In this document: positions 39,837-49,858 of the stretch, in pieces
How the letters are laid out: every line of letters begins with the position of its first letter
Numbering within the stretch: position 1 is the first letter of the stretch
Source: a virus
Length of the DNA stretch: 64,000 nt
Reading direction: 5' to 3' (one strand)
IMG/VR virus record: IMGVR_UViG_3300032313_001394
Coordinates: 1 to 64,000 of that record
Notes under the pieces: model-generated
What the model was told of the DNA's origin: nothing
The model's input: only the letters and a program-made list of their open reading frames with translations
Databases searched by the model: none
Position numbers and translations under genes: made by a program

Positions 39837-40306
39837 TATGCTTCTGTAGGTGTTTCTACAGGTGTTTCTTCAGGAACTTCATCTGCTGGATTTAATTCTT
39901 GAGAAGCTGTAGCTGAACCTTTATCAGGATTAATTGGACCTGTAATTAATAATTCTTGAATAGCTTTTATTGCTCTTTCATTATCACCTAATGATGATAA
40001 AGTATAATTAGTACCAGATACTCTAGCTATAAAATTATCAACATTCCATATTAAGTGGAAGTAGTTTTGATTTTTTAATATAACTTTAAATGTAGTAGGA
40101 CGAGGAGCAACCCATTCAATATTTTCAACAAATATTGTAAATTCATCTGACATTAAATTAGCTAATATTTCCTGTAGTTTAGGAAATTTGAATAACATAT
40201 CAGAGTATTTTAATGCCATTGGTGTTGCATTCTCAGGCTTATCAGCACGAGAGGCAACATTACGAGCCGCTACTCTTACTTTATCTGCTAATTCTTTTTT
40301 AGTCAT
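39836..40306 (-). CDS. hypothetical protein
   Basis: 156 aa; KFP.L...L..L, W.APRPTTF. Confidence 0.65.
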   Translation of the reverse strand: MTKKELADKVRVAARNVASRADKPENATPMALKYSDMLFKFPKLQEILANLMSDEFTIFVENIEWVAPRPTTFKVILKNQNYFHLIWNVDNFIARVSGTNYTLSSLGDNERAIKAIQELLITGPINPDKGSATASQELNPADEVPEETPVETPTEA

Positions 40307-40308
40307 TA

Positions 40309-40716
40309 TTATAATTGAGTTGCATCAATTGAAATTTCTTCAACTGGTTCTTCAGTTTCTAAGACTTCTTCTTTGTCTGCTTTTTTAGTAGACTTTTTAC
40401 CTTTTTTCTTATCTTCTTTATCACCACCTGACATTCTTTCTTCAAGTTCCAATCCAGCACTTTCATATTCTTGTATTGATTTATCCATCTCTTGCATTAC
40501 TTTTTCGAATAATTTTTCGCCTAAGTAACGAGATAGGTTAATTTTTTTCATTAATTCCATTACACTATTCGCTTTTTTAGCTTCTTGCTTAATTCGTTCC
40601 ATTTTTGCTTCGTTAGCAGCAATGTCACCAGCAGCATCAATTTCTTTGATACGCTGAGAAGTACCTTCGGCAATCATTTTTCTAACTAAAGCACGTAGTT
40701 TTTCGTTCTGAGTCAT
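40309..40716 (-). CDS. hypothetical protein
   Basis: Likely start MTQNEKLRALVRKMIAE at 40716 (TAATG overlap with upstream stop). Confidence 0.6.
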   Translation of the reverse strand: MTQNEKLRALVRKMIAEGTSQRIKEIDAAGDIAANEAKMERIKQEAKKANSVMELMKKINLSRYLGEKLFEKVMQEMDKSIQEYESAGLELEERMSGGDKEDKKKGKKSTKKADKEEVLETEEPVEEISIDATQL

Positions 40717-41345
40717 TATTTTTTGAGTTTTATTTTCCAAGCTAAATTAACACCTATGTATTTATTCATATTAGGATCTACATATATGTTCAGGCCATAA
40801 ATATTGTCTTTTTTTGTCTTCAATGATAAATTCGGACCAGCCATTATTAATGAATTACCTACCATTCCTCCTACTCCAACATATACTTGATTTTTAGGTA
40901 ATTCTTTTACTATTTTAGTATCAGTTATAGTATGTTCTTTAATTTGAGCATTCCATTTACGTCCAATAATTTTATTCATTGATATAGTATCTGTTAATTC
41001 AATTGTACCTAAATCATTATCTAATACTAACTTATCTTTATATAATACTTTTTTATTATATTCTTGTACTATACGAATTGTATCACCTTTTAAATAAACA
41101 GGTACTTCAACACGTTTTTCTTTTTCAACTATAGTTTCATGATATATATCTTCACCTTTAACATATTTTGTTTTAAAGTGGTCTACAATAACAGTATCAA
41201 TTTTGTGTTTTAGTAATTCATATTTTTTCCCATCAACCTTAATTGTTGGATTTTCAGTACCATTATCAGACGTACATTGTTGAATAACAATTACACCGAT
41301 TAACACCAATATAATGATAATAAAGAAATTTTGTTTAGTAATCAT
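40716..41345 (-). CDS. membrane-anchored protein (possible lysis/spanin-like accessory)
   Basis: N-terminal hydrophobic helix FFIIIILVLIGVIVIQQC; beta-rich C-terminus. Confidence 0.55.
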   Translation of the reverse strand: MITKQNFFIIIILVLIGVIVIQQCTSDNGTENPTIKVDGKKYELLKHKIDTVIVDHFKTKYVKGEDIYHETIVEKEKRVEVPVYLKGDTIRIVQEYNKKVLYKDKLVLDNDLGTIELTDTISMNKIIGRKWNAQIKEHTITDTKIVKELPKNQVYVGVGGMVGNSLIMAGPNLSLKTKKDNIYGLNIYVDPNMNKYIGVNLAWKIKLKK

Positions 41346-41349
41346 AACA

Positions 41350-41619
41350 TTAAAATTTATAAATTTTTAGTCGTAACTTACCTGTTCCTTTAATTAAACG
41401 GTGGTATTTGTGTTTTGGTATAAATATTGGAGGAGTAAACGTTGTAGGGAGTTCATTTTCTAATTGAATTTTCCAATCAGTTTCACCCTGAAGATATAAT
41501 GTTCTATGTTCATTATCACGATGCCAAAGGAGTTCGATGGGATCTATATTCTCATCGAACTCACGAATAGTATATTCTTCAGTTATTTCTAAATCAGTAT
41601 ATGGTTTACCAGAATCCAC
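41350..41619 (-). CDS. small cupin-like protein
   Basis: WHRD.E.R and IFIPK..YHRLIKG motifs. Confidence 0.6.
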   Translation of the reverse strand: MDSGKPYTDLEITEEYTIREFDENIDPIELLWHRDNEHRTLYLQGETDWKIQLENELPTTFTPPIFIPKHKYHRLIKGTGKLRLKIYKF

Positions 41620-43522
41620 TAAATGTTGTTTTAAAACCTAATAATTTAGCATATCTTGGTAAACGACATGACCAATAAGATGCTTTAGTTCTATCTTTTT
41701 TATTCTTACAATCATGACGAGCAGCAAAGGCACGACGTGCTTGGGGATTATTTAATTTAGCTCTTAATCCAGTTGTATCACCAAATGATACTTTTTTAAC
41801 TCCACCACCTGGTTTACGAACATAAACATAGAATTTTTTAGATCCACCACGTTTTGGTTTTCCAATTGGAGGTGTTTTCTTTTTATCGGCTTCAGATACT
41901 AATTCTTCTTCAATTAAAATATAATCAAACGGAAGTTCCATTCCTTTATATTTAAATGTTTCTCCAATATTTGATTCTAATATCTCAACATCATCTTCAG
42001 TTACTGAAAGTAATCCTTTGTTATATAATTCACGGGCTTCATTAAATAAAGCAAAATATTGTTCAGATAAAGGACGATATATATTATGAATTAATTGTTT
42101 GCCTTCAGCAATATGATATTTTAATCCTTCAGATAATATAGGTATATCTTGTCCTTCTTTTAATATTAATTTAGGACCGTTACAACCACAATCTTCATTT
42201 AAATTAGCTCCAATATCGTTTACATCTTGATATGCAAATTTATTCATCGGTTCGATAGTGCCTAAAATTACTTGTGGATTTATACCTTTTGCTCTAGCAA
42301 CCATTAAACGAGTATTACCACCTACTAAATAGTATTTATTCGGAGAATATTGGAGAATCAACGCAGGAGGTGTTTTTTCAGCGGCTAATATGCTTTGAAT
42401 ATCTTTACCGTAATGGCGCGCTAATTCTATCGCTTCTTCTTCAGAATTTATATCGTATGAGTCGGTATTTTCTAAACGACTCCACATTTCATCTGTTAAA
42501 GTAACTTCTTTACCATTAACAAATGAATTATATACTACATCATAAGGTAAACCTAATTCTCCAGCTGTACGTTCGATTTCCTCATTTTCAGCTTTTATAA
42601 TTGGTTCCCATCCTAATGGATTAATATCTTCTCTAAAACGTACTTTTGCTTTATCTGTATTTGGAACTACACGATCGCCTTTACGATCAGCAGCTGCTTT
42701 TTTACGAGCAGTAGCAGCACGTTCTTCTTTAGATAATGAATTTGCTTTAGCACGAGGCAAACAACGAGTTGTTGCTTGTCCTTTTTTCATTGTACCACAA
42801 GGCCCAGTTATGTTACCTGCTGTATCAATACGAACCCAATCTTCTTTTCTAAACCAATCACGTAGTGATTCATCTAAATTAATTAATTTATCTGAGTTTA
42901 ATATTTTAACTTTTATATTTTTATTAGCTGCTAAACTAGCATATAGTCTAGTTCTTCCACCAACTACATATAGAGTTCCATTTATATCAATTAATACAGG
43001 AGGTTCATAATTTCCTGTTGTTACTTGATCATATAAACTACCAATATCATATCCTCTTTGTCTATTACTATCATTTGAATCTCTTTTAGTCATTAAATCT
43101 ATATATCCTTGTCTTGGATTCTGAGATTTACTGATTTTGATTATATCTGTTATAAGAGATTCTTCACCAGATTTATTATTAAAATTTTTAAGTTTTGTTA
43201 CTTGAGATGGAGAAATATTAGTTGCAGGTGTTTTTTCAATAATAGGTATTAATTTATTAACAGATTCTTCATCATATTTAAATCCAGCATTTTTTACTAT
43301 TTTAGATATATTTAGATCTTTTTGACCTACTAATTCCCATGCTTCATCCTCACTTCCTTCTTCCATCAATCCTTTACATACCTTAACAGCACGACCAGAT
43401 AAATAAGCTGATGGTACTTCACCAGCAGCTATACGTCTATTATAATAAGCTTTACCCTTAGGACAAAGCTTTTTTTCCATTATAACATTCTCAATTATAG
43501 ATTTTATTTTATTTAAATCCAT
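41606..43522 (-). CDS. mosaic multi-domain protein with two ParB/Srx-like domains and several basic Cys-containing modules
   Basis: PPVLI....YVVGGRTRL and PPALIL....YYLVGGNTRL; LRDWF.EDWV..CG..CLP module; KPKRGGSKKFYVYV..FAARHDC..YWSCR module. Confidence 0.7.
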   Translation of the reverse strand: MDLNKIKSIIENVIMEKKLCPKGKAYYNRRIAAGEVPSAYLSGRAVKVCKGLMEEGSEDEAWELVGQKDLNISKIVKNAGFKYDEESVNKLIPIIEKTPATNISPSQVTKLKNFNNKSGEESLITDIIKISKSQNPRQGYIDLMTKRDSNDSNRQRGYDIGSLYDQVTTGNYEPPVLIDINGTLYVVGGRTRLYASLAANKNIKVKILNSDKLINLDESLRDWFRKEDWVRIDTAGNITGPCGTMKKGQATTRCLPRAKANSLSKEERAATARKKAAADRKGDRVVPNTDKAKVRFREDINPLGWEPIIKAENEEIERTAGELGLPYDVVYNSFVNGKEVTLTDEMWSRLENTDSYDINSEEEAIELARHYGKDIQSILAAEKTPPALILQYSPNKYYLVGGNTRLMVARAKGINPQVILGTIEPMNKFAYQDVNDIGANLNEDCGCNGPKLILKEGQDIPILSEGLKYHIAEGKQLIHNIYRPLSEQYFALFNEARELYNKGLLSVTEDDVEILESNIGETFKYKGMELPFDYILIEEELVSEADKKKTPPIGKPKRGGSKKFYVYVRKPGGGVKKVSFGDTTGLRAKLNNPQARRAFAARHDCKNKKDRTKASYWSCRLPRYAKLLGFKTTFSGFW

Positions 43523-43766
43523 TTTCTTCTTGTTTTGGCAAAAACCAGTTAGAACACCATTTTGAAGGATCTTTTATCTGATTTCCATCATTATCAACTA
43601 ATTCAGCAGTACCCATATGTTCTTGATAATTCGTACTTGAACACATATGTTTGTCGTCTTGTTTGTAGTAGAATTTACATACGTGACATCCAAATCCTAC
43701 AGGCGAGTACATATAAGGAGGAGATACCTCAGATACTTCACTTAATATATTGATTAATTTAATCAT
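43509..43766 (-). CDS. small Cys-rich protein
   Basis: MIKLINILSE leader; CxxC...C...C pattern. Confidence 0.6.
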   Translation of the reverse strand: MIKLINILSEVSEVSPPYMYSPVGFGCHVCKFYYKQDDKHMCSSTNYQEHMGTAELVDNDGNQIKDPSKWCSNWFLPKQEENGFK

Positions 43767-43969
43767 TATTTACCTTTATTTTTTATCTTATAATATATTT
43801 GTACCCCGAGCCATCCAATAGATAGGATGTAAAATAGACCAGTAAGTACAGGATTTAACATAGAAAAAAAGCTATTAAGTAGTGCAATGCACGTTGTTGC
43901 TACTCCGGCAGCATTTAGCTCAGCTGATTGATGCATTTTATTAAGAAGGGATAAAAATGTTATACTCAT
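43766..43969 (-). CDS. small membrane protein (holin-like); true start may be 43936
   Basis: Hydrophobic helices with a basic C-terminus KIKNKGK; ATATTTAT overlaps the annotated start. Confidence 0.5.
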   Translation of the reverse strand: MSITFLSLLNKMHQSAELNAAGVATTCIALLNSFFSMLNPVLTGLFYILSIGWLGVQIYYKIKNKGK

Positions 43970-43974
43970 AAATA

Positions 43975-44559
43975 TTAACTATTTAATTTAGCACGTGATT
44001 CTTTTACGTCTTTCATTACTTGTTCGCGTATTTTCTGTTTATCTAAAGCTTTAACATGCCAATCTTCAATATCACCTTGTTCAGTTACAAATCCAGTTGA
44101 ATCGAATGAATTCATATAATCTTCAAATCCGTTTTCAAATTCATTTAAAGTAAAATTAGCATTATTTTTCATTATATTTAATGCATATTCTTTCCATTTT
44201 CCTTCTATTTTTAATTGAGTTTCTTTTTTTATAACACAATTAAAACAAGTACTATGAATATGAAACATTTTCTTATCATACTCTGTTTTCATAGGTGTAT
44301 TACATTCCGGACAAAGAAGTGGCATAAAAGCATATGATTTTGCTCTATCTAATTTAGACACACTAATTCGGACACCGTTTTTGATTGTCCAAGATTTACC
44401 GTTTTCTTCCCATATTTCACCTTCTTTACGTTCAATATGTTTACGAGAATATCCTACTTGAGTTTGAGTAGCATCATGGTAATTACCGGATACTAAATTA
44501 CGAATTCGCTTTATATCTTTTTCAGTGAATTCTTTTTGTAATAATGTTTCTTTTGCCAT
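43975..44559 (-). CDS. hypothetical protein with Zn-finger-like CxxC pairs
   Basis: CPEC...CFNC; EGEIWEENGKSWTIKNG. Confidence 0.65.
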   Translation of the reverse strand: MAKETLLQKEFTEKDIKRIRNLVSGNYHDATQTQVGYSRKHIERKEGEIWEENGKSWTIKNGVRISVSKLDRAKSYAFMPLLCPECNTPMKTEYDKKMFHIHSTCFNCVIKKETQLKIEGKWKEYALNIMKNNANFTLNEFENGFEDYMNSFDSTGFVTEQGDIEDWHVKALDKQKIREQVMKDVKESRAKLNS

Positions 44560-44560
44560 T

Positions 44561-45892
44561 TTATAACCCTAGTTTTTGTAATTGTTTTATTGTTGATTCT
44601 GTAGATGTATGACGGATACCAATTCCACCAGCATCTATCCATTGTTGGATATTATCTTTTCTATCATCAATCAATATTGCATTTGGTTCTGCTAGATCTT
44701 TTTTATCTTTTGCTTGTTTAAATACAATGGATGTACCTGGTATATTATTATCTACCCATTCTTGTTTACCTATTTCAGATGATTTTTCACGTGATGGAGC
44801 AGTTAATAATTTAGGATTATATTGTTTAATATAATTCCATAATTGTTGTCCATCAGACATCCAATTTAAATCAGCCCAAAATTTAGATCCTGCTTTAGTA
44901 ATTGCAGACCAAAAATCATTTTTATCATATGTTGAATCAACACCAGGTGTTTGCTTGCCTGTTAAATCATTATATCCACGTTCAAAATCAACTAATACAC
45001 CATCCATATCACAATATACTTTATATTGTTGTTCGCCTTCATTTAATTTAGAAGATTGATTATTAAATGATTTTACTTTAGATATAAGTTCAGGTTCAGA
45101 TAAAACAGAATCTTTAATTTTTTTATCTATAGTAATAAATTCACGTTCTAATTGAGATACTAATTGTTTAAATAGTTCTCTTGATTTTTCTGTTGCTTTA
45201 TCTTTTTTAGCTTGTTCTTCAGGTGATAAAGGCGAATCTTGTGTTTTACGGAAAGTAGATACAAATTGTTCTGGATTCTGAGATGTTAATTCTTCTAACC
45301 ATTCATATAATTTTCCTTGTTGAACTGCTTGATTAAATTCTTCTATTTCTTTTTTGTACTCATCATCTGGTGCTTGATATAATACAAAATTATCACCTAA
45401 TTTATTTTTATAAGCATCAATATTACCGTATACATTATTCCATGTTGATATAACACCTATTTTAGGTACTTTACGCTCACGTTTAAAATTTCTTAAAAAT
45501 GATACAATTGGGTGAGCATACACCATAATCATTAATGTATCATAATTAGAAGCAGCATTTAATAATCCTGGTGTTTCTTTACGTTTATATGTTCCTCCAA
45601 GTAATTTAGCTGCATTAGATGCTGTTGTGTCCCAAATAAATGATTTACCTGATAAAAGAGTATTAGGTACATCAACATCATCTACTTGAATAGAAGCTGC
45701 TGATAAATTATTAAACATTGGACTTGCTTTATCTTCAATGTATTTATCAGGATTAATTATTTCAAAACCAGGTGTTAATCCTTTAATTTTATCTATTAAA
45801 GTAGATTTACCAACTCCAGCACCCCCAGCTAAAATTATCATTTTATTTTGAGGTGAAATAATTTCTTGTAGTATATCAAATAATTTTATCAT
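44561..45892 (-). CDS. P-loop kinase (zeta toxin/AAA_33-like) fused to a HAD 5'(3')-deoxyribonucleotidase
   Basis: GGAGVGKST, INPD, WDTT in the N-terminal half; CDMDGVLVDF, LTAP, GK.EW, LIDDR..NI.QW...GG.GI.H in the C-terminal third. Confidence 0.85.
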   Translation of the reverse strand: MIKLFDILQEIISPQNKMIILAGGAGVGKSTLIDKIKGLTPGFEIINPDKYIEDKASPMFNNLSAASIQVDDVDVPNTLLSGKSFIWDTTASNAAKLLGGTYKRKETPGLLNAASNYDTLMIMVYAHPIVSFLRNFKRERKVPKIGVISTWNNVYGNIDAYKNKLGDNFVLYQAPDDEYKKEIEEFNQAVQQGKLYEWLEELTSQNPEQFVSTFRKTQDSPLSPEEQAKKDKATEKSRELFKQLVSQLEREFITIDKKIKDSVLSEPELISKVKSFNNQSSKLNEGEQQYKVYCDMDGVLVDFERGYNDLTGKQTPGVDSTYDKNDFWSAITKAGSKFWADLNWMSDGQQLWNYIKQYNPKLLTAPSREKSSEIGKQEWVDNNIPGTSIVFKQAKDKKDLAEPNAILIDDRKDNIQQWIDAGGIGIRHTSTESTIKQLQKLGL

Positions 45893-46425
45893 TATTTTTT
45901 AAATGAACGCTTAATGTTTGATTTTGATGAAGTATTTGGTTTTCTTAGATAAACATGGTTATTAGAATCTTTTGTATAACTCCAATCAGATAAATTTCTT
46001 TCAACGTATGCTTTATATAATTTTTCTCTACCTTGATCCGATGGACCTGATTTTACAGGTTCGTATACTATCTCTACTACTTCAGGATGTTGTGAAACAT
46101 AATCTTTTAGTATTTTAGTGACAGTAGCCATTATTCTATATTGTTCTCCTCTATTAGTATCTAAAGTAGTATACTCTTCATTTCCAACTTTATTACCAAA
46201 TACTACCCCCAAATAATATTCATTTTTTGATTTGGATTGAGGTACATCATATTTATCCATTAAACCAGTATAAAGTTCAACAATATATGTATTATTCCCT
46301 ATTTCAAATTCATAGTTTATAGTCTTTTCATCTTTAGTTGAATTTAGTGATTCACCAGTTTTATTATATGGTACACTTAATGTAGCATCACCAATTTCAG
46401 ACAGTATATCAAATAATTTTATCAT
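45892..46425 (-). CDS. hypothetical protein
   Basis: MIKLFDILSEIGD leader; TN.G..YRIMATV..I and R.KLY..Y motifs. Confidence 0.65.
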   Translation of the reverse strand: MIKLFDILSEIGDATLSVPYNKTGESLNSTKDEKTINYEFEIGNNTYIVELYTGLMDKYDVPQSKSKNEYYLGVVFGNKVGNEEYTTLDTNRGEQYRIMATVTKILKDYVSQHPEVVEIVYEPVKSGPSDQGREKLYKAYVERNLSDWSYTKDSNNHVYLRKPNTSSKSNIKRSFKK

Positions 46426-47300
46426 CTTACTATAAACATTTCAGGTCGCATTTGAGCGAAATTTCTCATCATAATAGCGGCGGCAGCATTAGCTTCATTT
46501 TCATGAGCATGTCCTGTTTTACCGGATTCTGGTGTTAATCTATTTTGTATATCTTGTTTATAATGAACTAACTCATGTGCTAATGTTCTAAAAACATCAG
46601 CTTGATGACGATTAGCTACACTTAATTCAATACTTTTATTGTTTGGATCGTATCCACCAAATGAACGTCTTGATTCTGCATTTGTAGGATCATATGACAT
46701 TTTTAATGGAGGTAATGATTTTAATTTTAAATATTCTCTGCAGTATCCAACAAATTCTTTTAATAATGGGAATTGATCTTCATATATTGGATGCTCATTT
46801 AATGAGTTTTTATTTTTTTCATACGTTCTAGTAAATGCATCAAAAAATTCTCTTGTTGAAACCCCATCAGGTAAAAATTTAGCTACTTGTTTTATATTAC
46901 GAGCTTGAATAGCATCTCTAAAGTCAGTTGCTGATATATTTTCAAAATTACCAGCGTCAAATATCTCAACTTTGGGATTGTCAGCTAATGAAGCAAAACG
47001 TGAACTTTCTTCTTTACCAAATGCAACTACAAAATCTTGATCAGGATTATTTTTAATCGATGATAATGTATAATATACAGGAGAGCCTTCAGATGATATA
47101 ACTTTAACTTTAGGACCTAATAAATTAGTATATAACGCCCAAATATCTAATGATTGATCTGCTGAAACTCCACCACGTTCTTTTGAAGAAACAGCAACAA
47201 CCACCTCAGAAATATCATCTCTATCAATTAATAGTTTAACTACTTGGAAATGACCTTTATGAGGTGGTTTAAACGCGCCTGGGTAAATTGCTATTTTCAT
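46422..47300 (-). CDS. HIGH-family nucleotidyltransferase domain fused to a HExxH metallopeptidase-like domain
   Basis: YPGAFKPPHKGH, ISATDFR; RTLAHELVHYKQ...ENEANA. Confidence 0.8.
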   Translation of the reverse strand: MKIAIYPGAFKPPHKGHFQVVKLLIDRDDISEVVVAVSSKERGGVSADQSLDIWALYTNLLGPKVKVISSEGSPVYYTLSSIKNNPDQDFVVAFGKEESSRFASLADNPKVEIFDAGNFENISATDFRDAIQARNIKQVAKFLPDGVSTREFFDAFTRTYEKNKNSLNEHPIYEDQFPLLKEFVGYCREYLKLKSLPPLKMSYDPTNAESRRSFGGYDPNNKSIELSVANRHQADVFRTLAHELVHYKQDIQNRLTPESGKTGHAHENEANAAAAIMMRNFAQMRPEMFIVR

Positions 47301-47333
47301 TAATTAATATACAGTATAATATACTTATAAATA

Positions 47334-48125
47334 TTAATTTTCTGCATTCAATTTAATTGATGTAGGTAATGTTTCAGTATATGGAGAAGCATTTGGATTC
47401 TCAAGTTTATATATATCTTGAATTTTAGTAAACATAGTAAAATTCTTTTCAATATCATCAACTATTTTAACTTGCCATCCTTTACCTTGCATTTGACCTT
47501 CTTTGCCTTCTCTATGTGTTTTAGCTTTCAACCAAATAATACCAGTACGTGTAACATGTTCAGTATGAGTTTCATTCCAAGCTTGAGCATAAGCGGCTAA
47601 TTGTAAATCATATGATGTATGTAGCGAATTTGATGTTTTAATATCTAATAACCATAATTCACCGTTTATTCTCACAATTAAATCGGCAGTACCAGCATAC
47701 TCATATTGGTCAGAAAATAAATGATATTCTTTAGATACTAATTCTGGTTTTACTTGGTTCCAAAAATCAGCAAATCGTAAAATCATTTTCCAAACATCTA
47801 ATTGATATTTAGCTGTTCCGTATTGATCAATCCATGTAATTTCTTTTCCGCCTAAAAAATCTTCAATAGCATCGTGTACTTGTGTTCCTTCATAAGCTGC
47901 TTTACGCATAATAATTTCACTATTATGACCAACATCTTTTAACCAAGCGTGAAAAAAATTGTTTTTAGGGAAATAATTCAATATGGAAGTAACAGATGGG
48001 TAATATTTTTCACTACGTCTGTAGAAACGACTATCTAAAATATTTATTTGTTTAGAATTTGCTGTATGTTCAACAATCCGTTTAATATTTGGATCATTAA
48101 TTACATTTGAATTTTGTTCAATCAT
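47334..48125 (-). CDS. PD-(D/E)XK exonuclease
   Basis: YPSVTSIL, GT.VH..IE, YAGTADL, LDIKTS, LQLAAYA. Confidence 0.85.
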   Translation of the reverse strand: MIEQNSNVINDPNIKRIVEHTANSKQINILDSRFYRRSEKYYPSVTSILNYFPKNNFFHAWLKDVGHNSEIIMRKAAYEGTQVHDAIEDFLGGKEITWIDQYGTAKYQLDVWKMILRFADFWNQVKPELVSKEYHLFSDQYEYAGTADLIVRINGELWLLDIKTSNSLHTSYDLQLAAYAQAWNETHTEHVTRTGIIWLKAKTHREGKEGQMQGKGWQVKIVDDIEKNFTMFTKIQDIYKLENPNASPYTETLPTSIKLNAEN

Positions 48126-49063
48126 GAGAGTTTTAGTTTTATACCCATTATTTTTTCAAAGGTTAGTGGATATGTGTTTTCAATTATATTTAAGAAATTC
48201 TTAAATCCGATTTCATTTGCATCTTTACCATCCATTTCAACTAAGTAAACTTCTTTACCATAATTCATTAATGTTTGACAGTGTTGTAATGCTTCACGTT
48301 GTGCATCTTTATCTAAAGCAACGTATACTTTTTCTACATCTGATGTTACTAATCGTTTCATTAGTGCTTCAGAGAGTACTTTACCAAATAATGGAATAAC
48401 ATTTCGTTGTATTGTTAAAGCATCAAACATACCTTCAACTAATACTACTGGCGCATCCCAATTTATGAAATATTCTAATCCGATTATGTTTTTATTTTGT
48501 ACTGATGGATTTTTATATTTGCGAGATGAGTCTTGATCAAACGAACGAGCAATAAAATAATTTAATTGACCCTCTGAATTATAAGATGGAATAATAATTC
48601 GTCCTTCATACTCGCCTTCAGTACAAAATCCAATATTATATTTTTTAATATGATTGTCTGTAATATCTCGCTTATGAAGAAAATGTAATGCTTGTTTAGC
48701 ATATATTTGATCCATTTTAGACAGTGAAGTAACGTCAATTAACGTTTTAAATTCTTTAGGTAATGTTATTTGATTATAAACTATCTCTTGGCGTTTACCA
48801 GGAATAATAATTGTATCTAGTTGTTCTGATTTAGAACCTGTTATTTTTAATGATTTAAATAACGATTTAATTGTTTTACCTTTAGTATTACAAACCCAAC
48901 AATGCCACGGATTTTCTTTCTTCTCATTAGTGGCTATATTAATTTCTAATTTAGGCTTATGATGCTTACAAAATGGACAATGGAATGAATGATTACCTTT
49001 AGATGTAGGTTTTGATTTACCTAATACCGATTCTAATAAACTAATTAAAACTAGATTTTCCAT
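48122..49063 (-). CDS. DNA primase (Zn-finger + TOPRIM)
   Basis: CPFC..H...CWVC, GRIIIP, VEGMFDA, ALDKDA, KDANE. Confidence 0.9.
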   Translation of the reverse strand: MENLVLISLLESVLGKSKPTSKGNHSFHCPFCKHHKPKLEINIATNEKKENPWHCWVCNTKGKTIKSLFKSLKITGSKSEQLDTIIIPGKRQEIVYNQITLPKEFKTLIDVTSLSKMDQIYAKQALHFLHKRDITDNHIKKYNIGFCTEGEYEGRIIIPSYNSEGQLNYFIARSFDQDSSRKYKNPSVQNKNIIGLEYFINWDAPVVLVEGMFDALTIQRNVIPLFGKVLSEALMKRLVTSDVEKVYVALDKDAQREALQHCQTLMNYGKEVYLVEMDGKDANEIGFKNFLNIIENTYPLTFEKIMGIKLKLS

Positions 49064-49088
49064 AATATGAATATGGTAAGGAAATTTA

Positions 49089-49535
49089 CTATATCAAATC
49101 TTTACGGAAAAACTTACCTAATATATTATCGTTAATATAATGATCGTCTTCTAAAACGTTATATTGAAATAAATATTTTGTTTCCCAATATGTTAACTGT
49201 TTACTAGTTTTACATAATTTTAATACATAACGTGTCATTTCATCTTTAGGTAATGATTTAACTTCAGTTGATGAACCATAATATGTTTTCCAATCGCTTT
49301 CTTTAGTGACTGATTTTTTAGATGGTCTTTTACCTCTAGTAACAGGTATTTCAGCTAGTTCTTTTTTACCTAATTTTTTATTTAATATATGAAAGAAATT
49401 TTTCTTACCAATATATCGACGCCCAGTAGGTATATGAAGAGTTATATAAATATAACCGATATATTCATTAATATCAAAATTAGAATCATTGATTAAATCC
49501 TCTACTTTAGTAGTAGGACTAATTACTTGCATCAT
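49089..49535 (-). CDS. GIY-YIG-like protein
   Basis: GYIYIT...GRRYIGKK, SDWKTYYGSS, Y.E. Confidence 0.65.
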   Translation of the reverse strand: MMQVISPTTKVEDLINDSNFDINEYIGYIYITLHIPTGRRYIGKKNFFHILNKKLGKKELAEIPVTRGKRPSKKSVTKESDWKTYYGSSTEVKSLPKDEMTRYVLKLCKTSKQLTYWETKYLFQYNVLEDDHYINDNILGKFFRKDLI

Positions 49536-49546
49536 AACTTTTATTT

Positions 49547-49858
49547 TTAAGTATCGTAACGTATTAAGAAAGTCATATCTGTTTCTAAAGACATAGGAAC
49601 AGGTTGACCAAATTTAGCAACCATTATTAATTCATTATCATCATTATAAAATCCAATTGTTGAAGCATATGGAGCAAAATTAGATCCAGTAGCAAAATCT
49701 TTAATTTGAGAATAAGGATTCGATCCTGTTATTCTTAAACTTGGATTATAACTTAAATTAAATTCATTTTCTTTTACATGAGCCGTAATATAATTCTCAT
49801 AAACCGTATGTTGGTTTTTAAAAGATAACTTAAAATTATTTGTGTTTATTATACTCAT
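49547..49858 (-). CDS. structural protein C-terminal domain (paralog of the C-terminus of 53033..54043)
   Basis: VKENEFNLSYNPS...TIGFYNDDNELIMVAKF..P. Confidence 0.7.
   Translation of the reverse strand: MSIINTNNFKLSFKNQHTVYENYITAHVKENEFNLSYNPSLRITGSNPYSQIKDFATGSNFAPYASTIGFYNDDNELIMVAKFGQPVPMSLETDMTFLIRYDT

Noticed and set aside
49089-49535. Mobile homing endonuclease
   Set aside because: The GIY-YIG-like ORF is short, has no evident DNA-binding tail and interrupts no gene, so mobility cannot be supported.
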